Positions 28,083 through 41,517 of a stretch of DNA of 59,360 nucleotides are shown here, piece by piece. A model generated the notes under the pieces. The model saw only the letters and a program-made list of their open reading frames with translations, had not been told where the DNA came from and ran no database searches. Origin of the DNA: Catajapyx aquilonaris (taxonomy: Eukaryota). The stretch lies in contig KZ538115.1 of the NCBI GenBank assembly GCA_000934665.2, positions 62,001 through 121,360 of the forward strand, read 5' to 3'. The stretch's first letter is position 1; every line of letters starts with the position of its first letter. A program made the translations under genes and the position numbers.

Positions 28083-28427
28083 TTGATTAGACTTTTTCGC
28101 GTCAAAAAAAGTCTGTCTGTCCGTCCGTTGACAGGTATCAGGGCCTAAACCGCAAGAGATAGCGACAAACCGTTTTCGAATTCGGATTCAGCGGACCCTA
28201 TTTGGGTTTCATGGTCAACTTCCGGTTTTTCGAGTACGATCCGCACCTTCCGAGAGGGAAAGATGCTGACTCTATATCCTCCAAGGTCCAGCCTACAGAT
28301 CCCTGGATTCCTTGGCAACGACAAATGAGACTGACAACAATCTATGTCGTTGTTGTCCAATTCGAATTTCCTTAGCAGTGAGAAAAAAGTCTACCCGAAT
28401 CACGCTCACGTGATATGCCAATCTTGT
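28083..28427 (+). mobile_element. DINE-1/HINE-like (Helentron-associated) non-autonomous element, copy 1
   Basis: The 5' subterminal repeat TAGACTTTTTC (28088-28098) has an adjacent inverted copy AAAAAGTCT (28106-28114), followed by a (GTCY)4 microsatellite (28111-28128). At the 3' end are a subterminal inverted copy GAAAAAAGTCTA (28382-28393), a stem-loop ATCACG-CTCA-CGTGAT (28399-28414) and a T-rich flank. This is the DINE-1 architecture. A second copy lies at 47612-47862. Confidence 0.8.
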
Positions 28428-30378
28428 CTTTTAATTAAATTTTTCAAGTATTTAAAAAATGTACAAGGGTCCTATAGGCCTACCACTACACGCACAGTAC
28501 AGAGAGCTCACCAGCTGTCATCATTAATGCCAACCCTGCACGCTGCGCGAACTTGGGTGCGCACTCGGTTGCGCTAGCTTCATAAAATCATCTATAATCA
28601 GCATCTGGCTGGGTTGAACTAAATATTTGCAAATCCTGCTTAGTCTCAAGATATTCCGATCCCATTCTCGCAGCACTGGTCCTGATTGAAGCAACCTGGG
28701 ACACCCCCCCTGGCTTGCTCCAGGGGACATCCGAATTCTGGTCCTCAAATTGGGTCCAAACCCAACTGCGCAGCAGGCAGGGTCATCCCCGGTGGAGTGT
28801 CCCCAGATGCATCGCAGCACCGGACATGCTGGCAGCAAACGGCCGTGCTTGCATCCTGTGGCCAAGAGCCGCCGAATACTAATTAGAGCTTGATAGGTGC
28901 GGCCATGTAGGTGTCCCAGCGTCAGTTGCGTGGTCCTCGTGGGGGTTAGTTGCAACAGCAGGAACGGACCATGGCCTCAACGGAATACAAAGTTTGGGGG
29001 GGAGAGCAATTCGCGACCTGCATACAACTATACTACAAACTCTTCCTTTTGGCTGGTTGGTTGGGTTGCCTCTCTCCTTCAGGAAGCTATTTATAGGACC
29101 TTTATTTCATGACTCATTCACTAAGCTTTTTTTTCTCCATTTCCTGCTCTTGCGTGTAAAGAGCCATCACGCACCCAAATTGGCATCGAATGGAGACGGA
29201 GGAAGTGGAGGAATGGTGCAACTGCTCTTCCTAGCCGGATTGCAAAATATTCTTGATCTTATCTGACTGTTGAATGGGAGCGAAATTAACTGGACGATAT
29301 ACCTCATCGGGCATAGTTATGAGAAATAGTTTGCAGAGGTTTTTTTCGGATTATTTGTGTATGACCGGCATAGTGTTAATATGCAGGCGGTTTGCGATTT
29401 TTTTTAACGGTTTCCCCCAATGCAGTTATCCGCTTCTGATGAGCAAACTGAAAGGTACTCCTTGCCCGCATCGGTACAGTCAAGTGCACACCCGTATGTG
29501 TTTTTGTTCTATGAAATCAAGATAGAGCGACCCAAAAATTTTTATACCCGCCAAAAGGGGGGTATGGGTTTGTTTGCTGCTGCGTCGTCACCCCTAAGCG
29601 GATGATAGATAGGAACGGTTGGCTGGTTTTCTTGCATCTCTTAAGACTCCATCTCCAGCCCCTGCGCCCTCTTTGAAGTGGTAAATCCCGAGCTCCTAGT
29701 CTTGCGAGGTATGTATTCCCCGTAGGCCTTCCGGAGTCTGCGGCTCTTGTGTGCACCCCAAGTACAGGGCCTAGGCTCACTTACTAAAGGAAAGGTAAAC
29801 TAAAGCATTAACCCCCTTATGCTGGCTGTATAATTGAATTGTATTCCCGTGGTGACTTTAACGCATTAGAGCTTTTGTGGTTAACTTTCTCATGTTAATG
29901 AAGTTTATTTTGAGTTATGGGGAGTTTCCATCCCAACCCTCCCCTTCAACCCAAAACAACTCCCTCCCTCCCCCACCCTTACCTTTAACCCTCAGGAGCA
30001 GGTTGTTATGGTGGGATCTAGGAGATATTTGGACTCGTGCAACAAGCTCGGGTGTCCCTTTGAGACAAGGCTCTCCAGACACTTCATTAGGCTAATGAAC
30101 GGGATAACTTTTACGAAAAGCAATCAGCCTCCGATTTTTAGCGCCTCGGCAGTACGTCAGCTGGCATTTATGAATATTTGACAAAACAACCGAGGCGATT
30201 AAGTCGGTGGGTTCATTAATCAAGAAGATTTACGGACGGGGAAACTTTTCTGTAATATCCGGAAGATATGAAAGGTGTGACATCGGGGAGATTTTTTTTT
30301 CCTTCTATATGATGGCTCGCACACGCTTTCTCTCTGTTAGAGAGAGAGAGTTGAGTTGTGATTTCCGAGCAGGCGGCT

Positions 30379-30433
30379 TTTATTAATAGCGAGGAAAAGT
30401 GCAGCGGGTGATTCAATTTGTTCCGCCTGTTGC
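30379..30433 (+). repeat. Dispersed ~55-bp duplicated module, copy 1
   Basis: The exact 21-mer GATTCAATTTGTTCCGCCTGT (30410-30430) also occurs at 42267-42287. The upstream TTTATTAA and GGAAA.GTGC blocks are shared too. Confidence 0.8.
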
Positions 30434-30876
30434 ATCGGAGATGACAGATCGGTATGGCTTCCAGCAAGGAGCGGAGAGTGACGAAGCCCGACCCCTTTTC
30501 TTCGGACAGCACATTCGTTTCCGGCCCGAAGACTTGTCTCTGCCTCCGGATCTAATATCTCTGCCTGGAAAACAGACTTTTCCTATATACGTACAAACCG
30601 GTTATGTCACGGACACATTGGCACGTGGTTGAAGAGCACGAAAAAAAATTTGTTGTCTTACTGTATATAGTAGTCGAGGGCTGGTCGCTACAAATTACGC
30701 GAATTAACATTTTATATAAGTTCAATCTACCCAAACCTGTTAAAATTTTAACTGCAATGATAATTCAGAAATTACGTGCACAGTGATGATCCTGCACAAC
30801 GCTAAGCGCACACAATGGGCTTCGGGCAAAATGCAAGCAAGAACGGAGGGAATTCGTGTAGTGGTAACAAACCGTA

Positions 30877-31162
30877 CTCCCTAAAAAATAAGAGTTAAAT
30901 TAACTCCTTTAAACCTTGAAAGTGGTCATTACCAAAAATGAGTTATAATAACTCTTTGCTGGAGTTCAAACAACTCTTTTAGTTCATTTCATCCTCGGAA
31001 AGAGTTAATGAATAACTCTTTCAGAGGATGAAATGAACTAAAAGAGTTGTTTTAACTCCAGCGAAAGAGTTATTATAACTCATTTTTGGTAATGACCACT
31101 TTCAAGGTTTAAAGAGTTAAAAAGAACCCAACTTGAGTTTTTTAACTCTATTTTTTAGAGAG
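30877..31162. mobile_element. Fold-back element with ~100-bp arms, CACTA/EnSpm-like non-autonomous
   Basis: Termini CTCCCTAAAAAATA / TATTTTTTAGAGAG with TA on both flanks. Arms 30908-31007 and 31013-31113 are nearly perfectly complementary around a 5-nt loop. Repeated GAGTTA..TAACTC mini-palindromes lie inside. Confidence 0.9.
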
Positions 31163-34100
31163 TAGGCCTACATACAGTGTAAAATTCTTTCCTTTAGTCT
31201 CTCAGAATTTCGTAAGAAAATTGTGATCAACTCATATATTTCATGGTTTCCGAAATTGGATGGACCATTTCTCTCGTGGCTTCCAAAGCACACGTTATAT
31301 ACCTCGCAGGAACTCGCGATATTTTGGAGTCGGCCATCTTTTCCCACGTTTTCTTTCGGCGGTCGCAATTATTCTGCATTTACGGTCCGGGGGGCCAGCT
31401 GAAATGACTCTTTCTAGGGCTACACCGCATGGCAGGTTTATCCTCGCCCGACGATGTTATGAGCGCCCCACAACGCCATAACCTGCCAAGCATAAACATA
31501 TCAACAGCATGCAAACTACACTGGCCCTGGTATGTGAGAAATTCGTTTGAAATGCACCCATTTCCCTCAATGTCGTCCATATCCCCCCAAGGGAACACGA
31601 CTTTTATTATCATTCGAGACAAATTATCCGGGAACGCTTGGATACGGTGTCAAAATGCCTGTGAGACCACACCTCTCTTCTCTCTCTCTCAGCCATGCAG
31701 CAGCCATCCTCTTCTAGAGAAGAAATGTAGAATTCGGGTCACGCCTACATTTTTATGGTCACAGCTAACTCGTCCCAATATAAATCTCGAAAAAAAAGTG
31801 GAGGGTAGCAAAGTAGAAAAGTTTGACTTTTTTTCTCTCTCTCTCTCTCTCTCTCCCAGCTCGGTCCCTAGGATTTGCAGGAAGAAGAGGCCCGGAAGCC
31901 GCACACTTGTCTTCTGCAGGAAGCAACCCGTTGTTTCTGCAGCACCGACATTGTAGCCCGCCTTCCTTTTGGCCATTAAAGGCTGTAGAGGTGTATAGCC
32001 TCCAGGAAAAAAATATATATATATGTATAGAAGGAGAGAGAGAAAAAATTGTAGGGCTCCATTTGCACATTCAGCACGTATTGTAATTCGCCGCGATGCA
32101 GCTGCTAGATACGGGGACCATGGAAGGAGAAAGGTCCTTTTCCGGAGACAACCCCCCCCCCCTCCACCTCGAAAGTTGGGGCGAGAATGAGAAGCGCCTG
32201 TTATGCAAATTCAGATAGGTAATTAAACGCGGAGTAATTGCCGGCAAGACAGAGGGGGGGGGGGGGAGAGAGAGTAGAAAGAGGCCGTGTCCGAATCCAG
32301 TTATAGGTTGCACTTGGTGGACTTGGTCTCCTGAAAGTGGAGGAGTTGTGAACAGGTGATAACCGCTGCTTACAAAGTAGGTAGGGAGTGTTTTTGAACA
32401 GGGCATAATTAGTGCACTTTCTAATGCGTTCTGCATAACTAGAAGCCTCCCCCCCCCCTTCTCATAATGACATTACGCGCTGTTTTTATTTCGAAACTTT
32501 TCGCTAATTGTGTCATAAAAGAGTGCACGTTCCCCTGTGCAAAATAAGGACAGTTTACATCCCCCCCTTCCTTGTGATCCCTCTCCCTATAGATAGGCCT
32601 ATATATTTTTTTTCCCCTCGTCCTTTATAGCCCGCCCTTTCCCTTTTCTTGGCAGTCGCAAAAAGTAATCCGGAGCTGGTTCCACCCCGGATCAAAGAAA
32701 TCCCCACGACTTGCGGGATAGAGATGAGGCTGGGAGGAGGAAAAAGTGGGTGGGTGGGGGATGGAAGGGGGGAACATTGTCGCTTATCGCAACGGTTTTG
32801 CGGAATACCAAGAGTCCCAGGTTTCCATATCCAGGCGAGTCATGCATGAAGACGGGGTAGTCATTTGGCTTGATGCGTCTGGGCAAAGAGCCCGAATCCA
32901 GAGCCATTGGCAGCCATTAGAGGATTCGAAACAGGCTCTTGCGTGTGGCCCCGGAGGCTTCATCGAAACTGCGGCCCACCAGGCCTGAAAACAAGCCATT
33001 TCCAGCTTCACCCCCCTCCTCCCCTTTCCCTCTGTCACTTTGCCCGGATTCGGTGAAGTCCCAGTGAATCGTCATGGTGTGCTGTTAGGATGCTGAGAGG
33101 GGAGGGGACGATACTGCGCCCGAGCAGGAAATAACCGATGGCGTCATAAATGAAGCACTCCCTCACACTACAGGAGTTTAAAGTCGCCCATTATGCCTAA
33201 TATCCCCTTCTTAATGAGTTGCTTATCAAGGGGGCGTGGGACACATGGCCGGCGCGATTGGAGCGACGCTATGCGGAGGCGTCGCTGAATCAGCACGAGT
33301 CGCATTGAAGCAGGATGGCCCAACCAGAAAATAATGTGTCAGGCGCACTTCTTACTAACTAAACAAGTCGACTTTTCTAAATAAAAAAAGGTCGATTAGC
33401 TCTAGATGTTATAGAGCTGATAATCCGCCAATAATGGAACATTTTTTCCCCCCCGTTTTTAACATCAATCAGCAGGATGTGTTTGTAAGCTTTGGAAACT
33501 CATCCCGAGCAATAGGGCGACAAACAAACCATCAATACACCCGGATTGCCCTGGATTACTCGAATGGAGCCATTTCAAATTGCCTGCTCATCCCCTAGGG
33601 ATACGGGCCTGGATTTCTGTCCAGGACATGAGGACAGCCTATTAGACACACTTCTCAGAGAGATAAAAGGCCTGGAAAAAAAACTTGCCAATCAATCATT
33701 ATTGCACGGGTTATATTGAAGTGGAGAAAAAAAATTGAAGACAAGAAACTTTTTTTGTTGTTCAGTTTGGTTATTGAGTTTGAACTATCCGAAGATCGCC
33801 CCTTTGAAGCTCGAAGTAAAAAAAATTTATGAGGGAGAAGAAGAAAAAAAAGTTTTTTTGGATTGGTAGCTAATATCCTTACAAGGCAATCGTCGATGGC
33901 GCTTCCCTGTCGTTTCCGAAATGATTGTTTTCTCTCGCTTGCCACATTACGGCACTAATATTGAATTTTGCCGAAAATTAGCCTGAGAGCCGAATTGCCG
34001 CTCATCAAATTTCCGGACAAAACTTTTCGGTTCTGGAGTATTGCCAAAATGCCTGCATTTTCTCGCACATATTCGTCGCATTAGTATGTGAAGAGAATAT

Positions 34101-36037
34101 GCAAAGTCACTTGCCATTAAGCGCATGCTGTGCAGTTGCAAAGCCAAATTAGTTTTCTCTGATGTTTCCACTACCTACTTCCTAATGTCTCAAACGTTAA
34201 GTGAATAATTATTGATGATACGAAAGACGTGTACACACACAAGAGCTGAGCCAACTTTCGAGCCAACCTTGCGAGTTGCCAAAGAGAGAGTGATTCTCAC
34301 TTTCTGTACTATACCAGAGTTGGCCTCCGCTCCTGGTGAACAAATTTTGATTAGAACCGAATGAGTCCCGCACCGGCAATCCCACTGTCTAAATGGAATT
34401 CTTAATGAGGAGTAATTTTACACTCAGGCTGCCAAAGCAGATGCTCCACAAAGGTTTCAATTTATTATTATGCCGTCTGGTCAAGAAACTCTTCCATGAA
34501 TATATGAGAGTGACGCGGTGGAAATTAAGTCGTAGTTACAACCTTTGGTTGTCTAGAGTTGGGACTACTAGAGTAATCATGTTCCTTTTCGACACTAGAA
34601 ACAGGTGATTGCCCCGTGAGATGGGTTTCCATCAAAATTGCACTCGACGGTTGATAGCGTCGCTTCCCTTTTTCCTAAGAATTGTCTTCTCGGCTCTTAT
34701 ATTTCTGGCTTCCAACACTACCCTGAGGATGGGTTACAACGACCCCCCCCCCCCCCCCAAAAATTTTGAGGCGTAAACTTAGCCAGCCATTTTCGGCAGG
34801 CGAATTCCTTTGAGATCCTTCAGCTATTAACTTTCAACAGCCCTTCCACTTCCTCCCATCAATATTTTATAAACATTTTTGGACTGGCGCAGTTTCATCT
34901 CGAGGCATTTTCCAAATACCTGGCTCTCCCCTCCCCCCCACCCTTTCCTTCCATGCATTTTCTTGATTACTGCAAAACCCTGCCGGATGAGAGACGGAGG
35001 AGGCAAGAAAAGGAGTGAGAAGGTGAGCTCTTTTAACTCCCTGGGATGGAAAGAAGAAGGAAAAAGAGAGGGGGAGGCAAGAAAGAATCGAAAGCCTTGA
35101 CTGACTCAAAAAAAGCCCCCCCCCCTCCTCCCTTACTCTCTTTTTTCCAAGCGAAAAGTTGGCTAACTTGAACCGGGATATTGGAGAAACTTGGCCGAAA
35201 CTATTGTTCCGCGGGATTAATATGAAAGGCGGCAGAGCAAAAAGCTTTGGGCCTAATTGTCCAGGCGTAAGTTATTCTTAGCAAGTCACCTTTTTCGGGC
35301 TCTGAAAAGTAAGGACCCCCCCCCCCCCTTCTAGCAAGGTTGTCTGGAATATTTTAACACTGATGGGAGCTCTATCACGTTTCATAACCTTAACATGCGT
35401 CTTTTTTATAAAAAAACTGTGGCATAAAATCAATTGTTTGGCATTTTCTGGGGGGGAGGGGGAGTTGAATCCGACGCAATTAGAGATGGGGGCTAAATCC
35501 GGCGATGGTCGCATTTCCGGATTAAAACCGTATCATCGCTTCGTGTTTTTTTTAGAGCAGGGTTTTATGCATCGAGAGATTATTTTTGGTTTTAAAAAAT
35601 TACAACAGATTTGCTGTATGGGTGTGTGCCAAAAATATTGTAGATTTTTCTAATTTTACATTGGAATAAATATTTATGGGCCATATAGGGCAGGCTAATT
35701 GAGTCACATTTTATTTAGGTGCTTGGGTCACACCCAGCCATTCCTTCGGAGCTACTGTAGACCTTTGCCTCATCGTATACCACGACCTTCCAATTTAATG
35801 AGTCAATATTCAGCAAACATCCTCGTCAATAATTTGCGAGCGGAATACACCGGTAGCTGCCTCTCCAAATTCTCTGCGGCCCACCTTTGATAAATACTTG
35901 ATCTCCTTGACTCTGGGACAGAAAGAGGCCAACTGACCTCAATGGCCGCTGTAAACGCAATTAGGGCCAGATAGCATCCGAGATTAATGTGCGCTACAAA
36001 TTGACCCTCGCATGACCCTGAGAGTGGCAGTAGTGAT

Positions 36038-36047
36038 GCGCCATCTA
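36038..36047 (-). promoter_or_regulatory. CTCF-like core motif (TAGATGGCGC on minus strand)
   Basis: GCGCCATCTA matches the YAGRKGGCGC core, and the identical 10-mer occurs at 49141-49150. This is a motif match only; the same motif is common in MITE interiors. Confidence 0.25.
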
Positions 36048-37480
36048 TGTGAGGCCTAAATTCGACTACTGCAGAGAGAGATCCAACATGGCATGTCTTT
36101 ATACAGCCAGGGGTTCCATTGTAGAGGAAAAGGGGGTGTGTGGGATGGGACAAATGAGGCACAATTCATTCGTCAGCCTTGTTGGCTCGGTGTGGCGCCC
36201 GCCATTAATAAGGCCCAACACAATGGTTATCTAATTGGGGAGACCAACACGGCGATAAGATTAACTCCTCCTTTACGGACTCTGCGGTAATGAACTCTGG
36301 CAAGGGGAAAGCCCGAAGTTGGGGAAAGGTGTCGTAACGGGCGGTTTAGTACTGCTGCTGTGGATCTACACTGTATACATACGGTATATAGGAAATGTAT
36401 ATGACACGAATTTTCAAGTCTGATTATGTTTTGTTATTAATCAAGTTAATGTCCATTCATCAAAATATTTGCATGCGCATGATGTATTTGATGTTGTGAA
36501 AATACCTGGTCAACACTCAAAACCATGTATAAAATGTAGTGTATCAATAATTGTTTTGGTGTAGTACAAAAGGCTGCTCCAAACTTCTAATATTTGATGT
36601 ACGGTCACACTGTCAACATCAACTACTGGTAACAACAGGAACCTATCTCTACAGTATACGTTTATTTTAACTTTTCCAATCCTACGAGACCAGAGTTGAC
36701 CGTCTACTTAATATGAAGCTAAGGTTACAAGCCTACATTATTTTTACATTCATCCTCCAGTTTATTTGGCCATTTAACTTTATTTAACCTAACATTTTTG
36801 TCATGTTAGGTTGTGGGGCTGGTTAATTTACAATCAAAATTTCGACATTGGAATCTGGGTAGACCGCACACTAAATTAATGGCGGCAATCACCTGGCAGT
36901 CGACAGTTAATGTTCCCACCTATCAAGTGGTGTTAGAATGACGTCCCTTGATTAACACGCAGGATGATATCAATATGCGATGGCTGGTGGTAATGACGAA
37001 AGGCAGAAGTCTTAATGCTCAAATTATTACATCTGAAGAGCCATAACTTATTATTCCTTGACCCCCCTCTAACATTGCTAAAACTCCCAGATTGCTATAA
37101 TTTCCGCCAAAGTGCCCATTCCAAAGTGCTAATTTATTCTTCATTACGACTCGTCATCGATGAATCACAGATTCATACGCTCCAGATGACTCTTGATTAG
37201 AAATAGTTTAGACTATGGCATAAAGTTCAGCTCTCCTATTTTTTTTATTCGAAAAAAAATCATCCTCCGCCCCCCAAGTGTCCTGGAATCAATTAATCAC
37301 CCATGCTTTCAAGACTGATTATCCTAATGCATTTCGCATCGAGGGAATAAGCTGTTTCCTCCCAGATTAATTTGGGTCCTCTTACGAAAATGACAGAAGC
37401 CTGGGCGGAAGCAACTTTTCTTCTGGGCGCCGCGGCCCATTAGGATCTAAACTTCCTTTTCTTGTCCCGGAGAAAATGGG

Positions 37481-37510
37481 TGCTGCTGCTGCTGCTGCTG
37501 CTGCTGCTGC
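37481..37510. repeat. (CTG/CAG)10 microsatellite
   Basis: Ten perfect TGC units. Confidence 0.98.
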
Positions 37511-38097
37511 ACCACCCGGATTAGGATTTTCACCTCCCGAGCCCAGCATCCGGGAAAACTGAAAGTGCTGGGCCTATATATGGATGCTTAATCCCGAAGC
37601 AAGAGGTAGGCGATCCGCGAAATCCATGATGAATGGCACCCGGGGATTCCCAGCAGGGAGGATTGCAATTGACCAAACATGTCCCCCGAGGAGGGGATCC
37701 TGGAGGAGGTGGGGGGGGGATGATGAGGACTGGGAATGACGGCTGTCTTGTTTGGATATCTCCTTTATGGGGAATAATCGTCTCCTTCCGTGCAAAGAGA
37801 AGCTCGGGTGCGCCTTTCACGCTGCCTCATTAAATCCTCATAAAGGGAAACACGGGCAATTGATGGCCCTGCGATGACGCTGTAATAACTGCGGTGCTCC
37901 ACTCATATATATATATACGCCTCTTATTTCTTTGCACACAAAAAATTGCGCAACTTAATTAACGCGTAAGTAGGCACGGATTGGAATAAACACAGGCCGA
38001 GCTTAATTTTCCATAAAATAATACGTGGCACCAATATTCTATATGAGCGTTAATTATACTGAAACGAGCGTTTAATAATAACACCTTAGCAGCTTGG

Positions 38098-38580
38098 GTT
38101 AGGATAGGATAGGTTAGGTTCATCATATCCTTTAGGACATAACCTAACCTAACCTAACCTAACCTAACCGTTAGGATGTGATAGGTTAGGTTCAACATAT
38201 CCTTTAGGACCTAACCGATCCTAACATATCCTAACCGTTAGGATGTGATAGGTTAGGTTTAACATATCCTTTAGGACCTAACCTATCCTAACATATCCTA
38301 ACCGTTAGGATGTGATAGGTTAGGTTCAACATATCCTTTAGGACCTAACCTAACCTAACCTAACCTATCCTAACCGTTAGGATAGGATAGGTTAGGTTCA
38401 TCATATCCTTTAGGACATAACCTAACCTAACCTAACCGTTAGGATGTGATAGGTTAGGTTCATCATATCCTTTAGGACCTGACCTAACCTAACCTAACCG
38501 TTAGGATGTGATAGGTTAGGTTCATCATATCCTTTAGGACCTGACCTAACCTAACCTAACCGTTAGGATGTGATAGGTTA
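38098..38580. repeat. Minisatellite of 62-72 bp palindromic units built from TTAGG/CCTAA (interstitial telomere-like array)
   Basis: Units start at 38098, 38170, 38237, 38304, 38376, 38438, 38500 and 38562 (partial), with lengths 72, 67, 67, 72, 62, 62, 62. Consensus is GTTAGGATGTGATAGGTTAGGTTCAWCATATCCTTTAGGAC(CTAAC)nC. Confidence 0.95.
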
Positions 38581-40889
38581 GAATAAGTTAGGTTTATTGA
38601 TGATGATGATGATAAGAATAAGAATAATCCCAGTGACGGAACATTCACTCGTTTTAATATTCATGTCATTTACTGAAGGAATATGAAGGTTCATATTATT
38701 ATTATATTATTATATTATGTAGTATGATGCGTGTAATCATGCGCTGTAATGTGGCTTGATTAAAAATGCGCGATCCGTATATTTCCTAATCTGGTGTAAT
38801 GCTGCTTTGCGCATTTAATCTGGGGAGACGACATCGTGTTCATCTGGCCAGAAGATGTTGAGCAGAATTTATTAGAAATGTAAAGTCGTTTTCTGCCTGT
38901 AATACAAAATTTAATCCGACACTTAATCCCTAAAAGAGGGGGGGCCCCCTGAAACTTTGAACTCATTTGCAAACTTTGAGACTCGCCCAAACTTTCCCGA
39001 CTTGAAATTGTGAGCAAATTGACTGCTACACCCTTCTCCTACCCCCCCCCCCCCCATTTTTTTCTGAACACCAAAGGTTCATAAAAAAACAAGCATGCGT
39101 TTCCCCCCCCCCCCTCTTCACAGAAGGTACATTTCACGCTGCTGATGCTAATGATAATTATTACAGCTCGAGGAGCCTGACACACTCTGGCATCAATTGG
39201 CAGTCTGTTTGCTTAATCATTAGGTGATATTCATGTAACAGAACGTTTCATCAAAAAATTCGCAGATGTGGGCCGCTCAGACTCGATATGAAGAATGGTT
39301 TTCTTGGGGATCAGCTTGTGATTATCTCTCGCCATGTCTTCGTGACAGCTATTGTAATAGTTTGAGATGAAGGTCGATGAAGGTACCAATCACTTTTTTT
39401 TTCAAGGATTCTCGATTTATTACAGATCGAAAAAGCAATGTCACCCATGTCATATCACCAAAATGTTTTTCATTAAGGTTTGTGTCGTAATCTAGGACTC
39501 TATTTGAATTCACCCTTCAATCAACTTATTAGAACAGAAATATCTTGTTGATGATTTATTGCCATAAATGTTCATTACGAAATATTTGGTTATCTCTCCG
39601 CCAATTTTTGCCAAATATATGCAACTATACGAGTTACAATAGCAAACTGTTGTTTTGACAAATTCTTCTTCCAAAGAAAATATTATGCGTGAGGCTTTCC
39701 GCTTTTCGATGTTACAAGAAGAGTAACTTTTAATTACGTAAACAATATTGCAGGTGAGCGACTAGAGTGGTGGAAGAATTTAAGTTCAACACCGAATTTC
39801 TGAAGTAACTCAAAATAAATACCGCCACCTCAAGTATCATCACGGTTGGAATCGGCAAAAAGGTTCATTTACATCCTTAGTTTCGTTAGTTTCTTGTCAC
39901 TCACATGTTTTGCTATGATAATTTATGTAGATATCAAACGAACACCTTCCCTTTTACGTGAGGTTCTTCCTCCTTTTTTGGAGTTGAGATGCCCTCCAAA
40001 AAAAAAAAACACACGTTCCTCCGAAGCCTGATGAAAATGCCAAGTACGAATCAAAATCACTTTTTGTCATCAGGAACCACGAAAATGGGGTGTAATATTA
40101 AGAATGCTTTTTGCCAGCAGGTGTCCAGATTTTCATTTCCTTTGAAGCGAACTTTTGTGTGTGTGTGTGTGTTGGCTTGTTCAGAAAGCGGAGGAAATGA
40201 ACATTTTTTTTACGATGCAGATTCCACTTTTTTTATTCATTATTGTTTTTCCCCCTCCCATAGCTTTGCATGGACTTAATTTGTGTGGAGAGGAGCCAAC
40301 TACTTCCTTACTTTTGGTGCCTTAATCTGTCACTGTAAAATTACAGTGCTGGTACATGTTTCATTGCAATTTCCTCTCTACACTAGTTAGGTCTAATTGA
40401 ATCTTAAAATCGTTACACTGGTGATGTAACGTCGTTGTTTAATTGATTTTTTTTGGTCTGCAGCCTCCAGGACTCTCAAGAAGCGGTCGGATTAAGTGAA
40501 CACCACGGATAGGACCAGAACCTCCAGAGGACACTGAGCCAAAGGTATAGGATAAATTTTGTTCCTGTGGAGGCCCCCCCTAGTAGCAGATTACAAATCG
40601 ATCGCTGGTGTTGGTAATTTGTGCCGCTGCATCCGCCGCCAAGGATTTTATGGCGTACAATAGTTTCGCGCTCTGCGTCTCGAGCCCTGTCCCTGCAGAG
40701 CTTCAGAGCACATACACACCGAGAGAGAGAGAAAAAAAAAAGTTGGAAGGGGGAAATAAAAATATGTCTTACAGTTGCGACGGATTCGGAAATCGAAATG
40801 TGCATAATGTTTGCATTCAGATGGAATCTCGGCCAGTTGGCTTTTAGTATGCCTACAAAGCTACAGGGAATACAACTGCACGAAATATG

Positions 40890-41517
40890 CTCTCTAAAAA
40901 AAATCGAGTAGTTTTCCACTCAATTTGAGTGATTTTGCACTCTTTCGTCTACCTCTTTATATCACTATTTTCGAGTGAAATATTTTCACTCAAACTGAAC
41001 AGTAATTTCACTCAAATTGAGTGGTGCGTTTCACTCACCGACAAACACGCTGCTTCTCATTATCACTCATTTTAAAGTAGCCTAATTTCCACTCAATTCG
41101 AATGATTTTTCACTCTTTCGTCCACCTCTACATATCACTTATTGAATGAAATATTTTCACTCACACTGAAATCATTTCACTCAAATTGAGCGATATGGCT
41201 CACTTACCGAAAGCAGTGAATCACTCATTTTCAGAGCAATTTTCCACTCGATTTGAATAATTTCGCACTCTTTTTTCCACCTCAATGTGTCCCTCTTATT
41301 GAGTGAAATATTTTCATTGAACAGTCATTTCACTCAAATTGAGTGGTACGTTTCACTCACTGAAAACATACTTTCTTTCAATATGACTCAACTATTAGAG
41401 TAATTTTCTGATCGATTTGAGTTAAATCCACTCTTTGTGGAATGAAAATCACTCAAAATGGACATTTTAATGGACTTGTTTTTTTAGTACACTGTTCACT
41501 CGAAAATTGTTAGAGAG
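40890..41517. mobile_element. CACTA/EnSpm-like non-autonomous element with internal ~155-175 bp tandem repeats
   Basis: Starts CTCTCTAAAAAA and ends TTAGAGAG, the same tips as 30877-31162. About 3.3 diverged units begin TTTTCCACTC-like at ~40912, ~41086, ~41240 and ~41404, and are rich in CACTCAAATTGAG palindromes. No clean TSD. Confidence 0.75.

Noticed and set aside
31429..31956. Longest ORF (175 aa) and the other 100-150 aa ORFs (e.g. 1180-1638, 1230-1670, 10371-10805, 15236-15652, 40476-40919)
   Set aside because: No recognisable domain. They run through (CT)n or homopolymer tracts, overlap similar-length ORFs on other frames or strands, and have lengths expected by chance.
32784..32996. 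Possible minus-strand exon after a TTTTCAG acceptor-like site
   Set aside because: No recognisable peptide and no convincing donor. Such acceptor-like motifs are frequent and need RNA-seq support.
38098..38580. CRISPR-like periodic array
   Set aside because: There are no unique spacers (whole units repeat), no cas genes, and the context is eukaryotic. It is also not a true chromosome end, since unique DNA continues on both sides.
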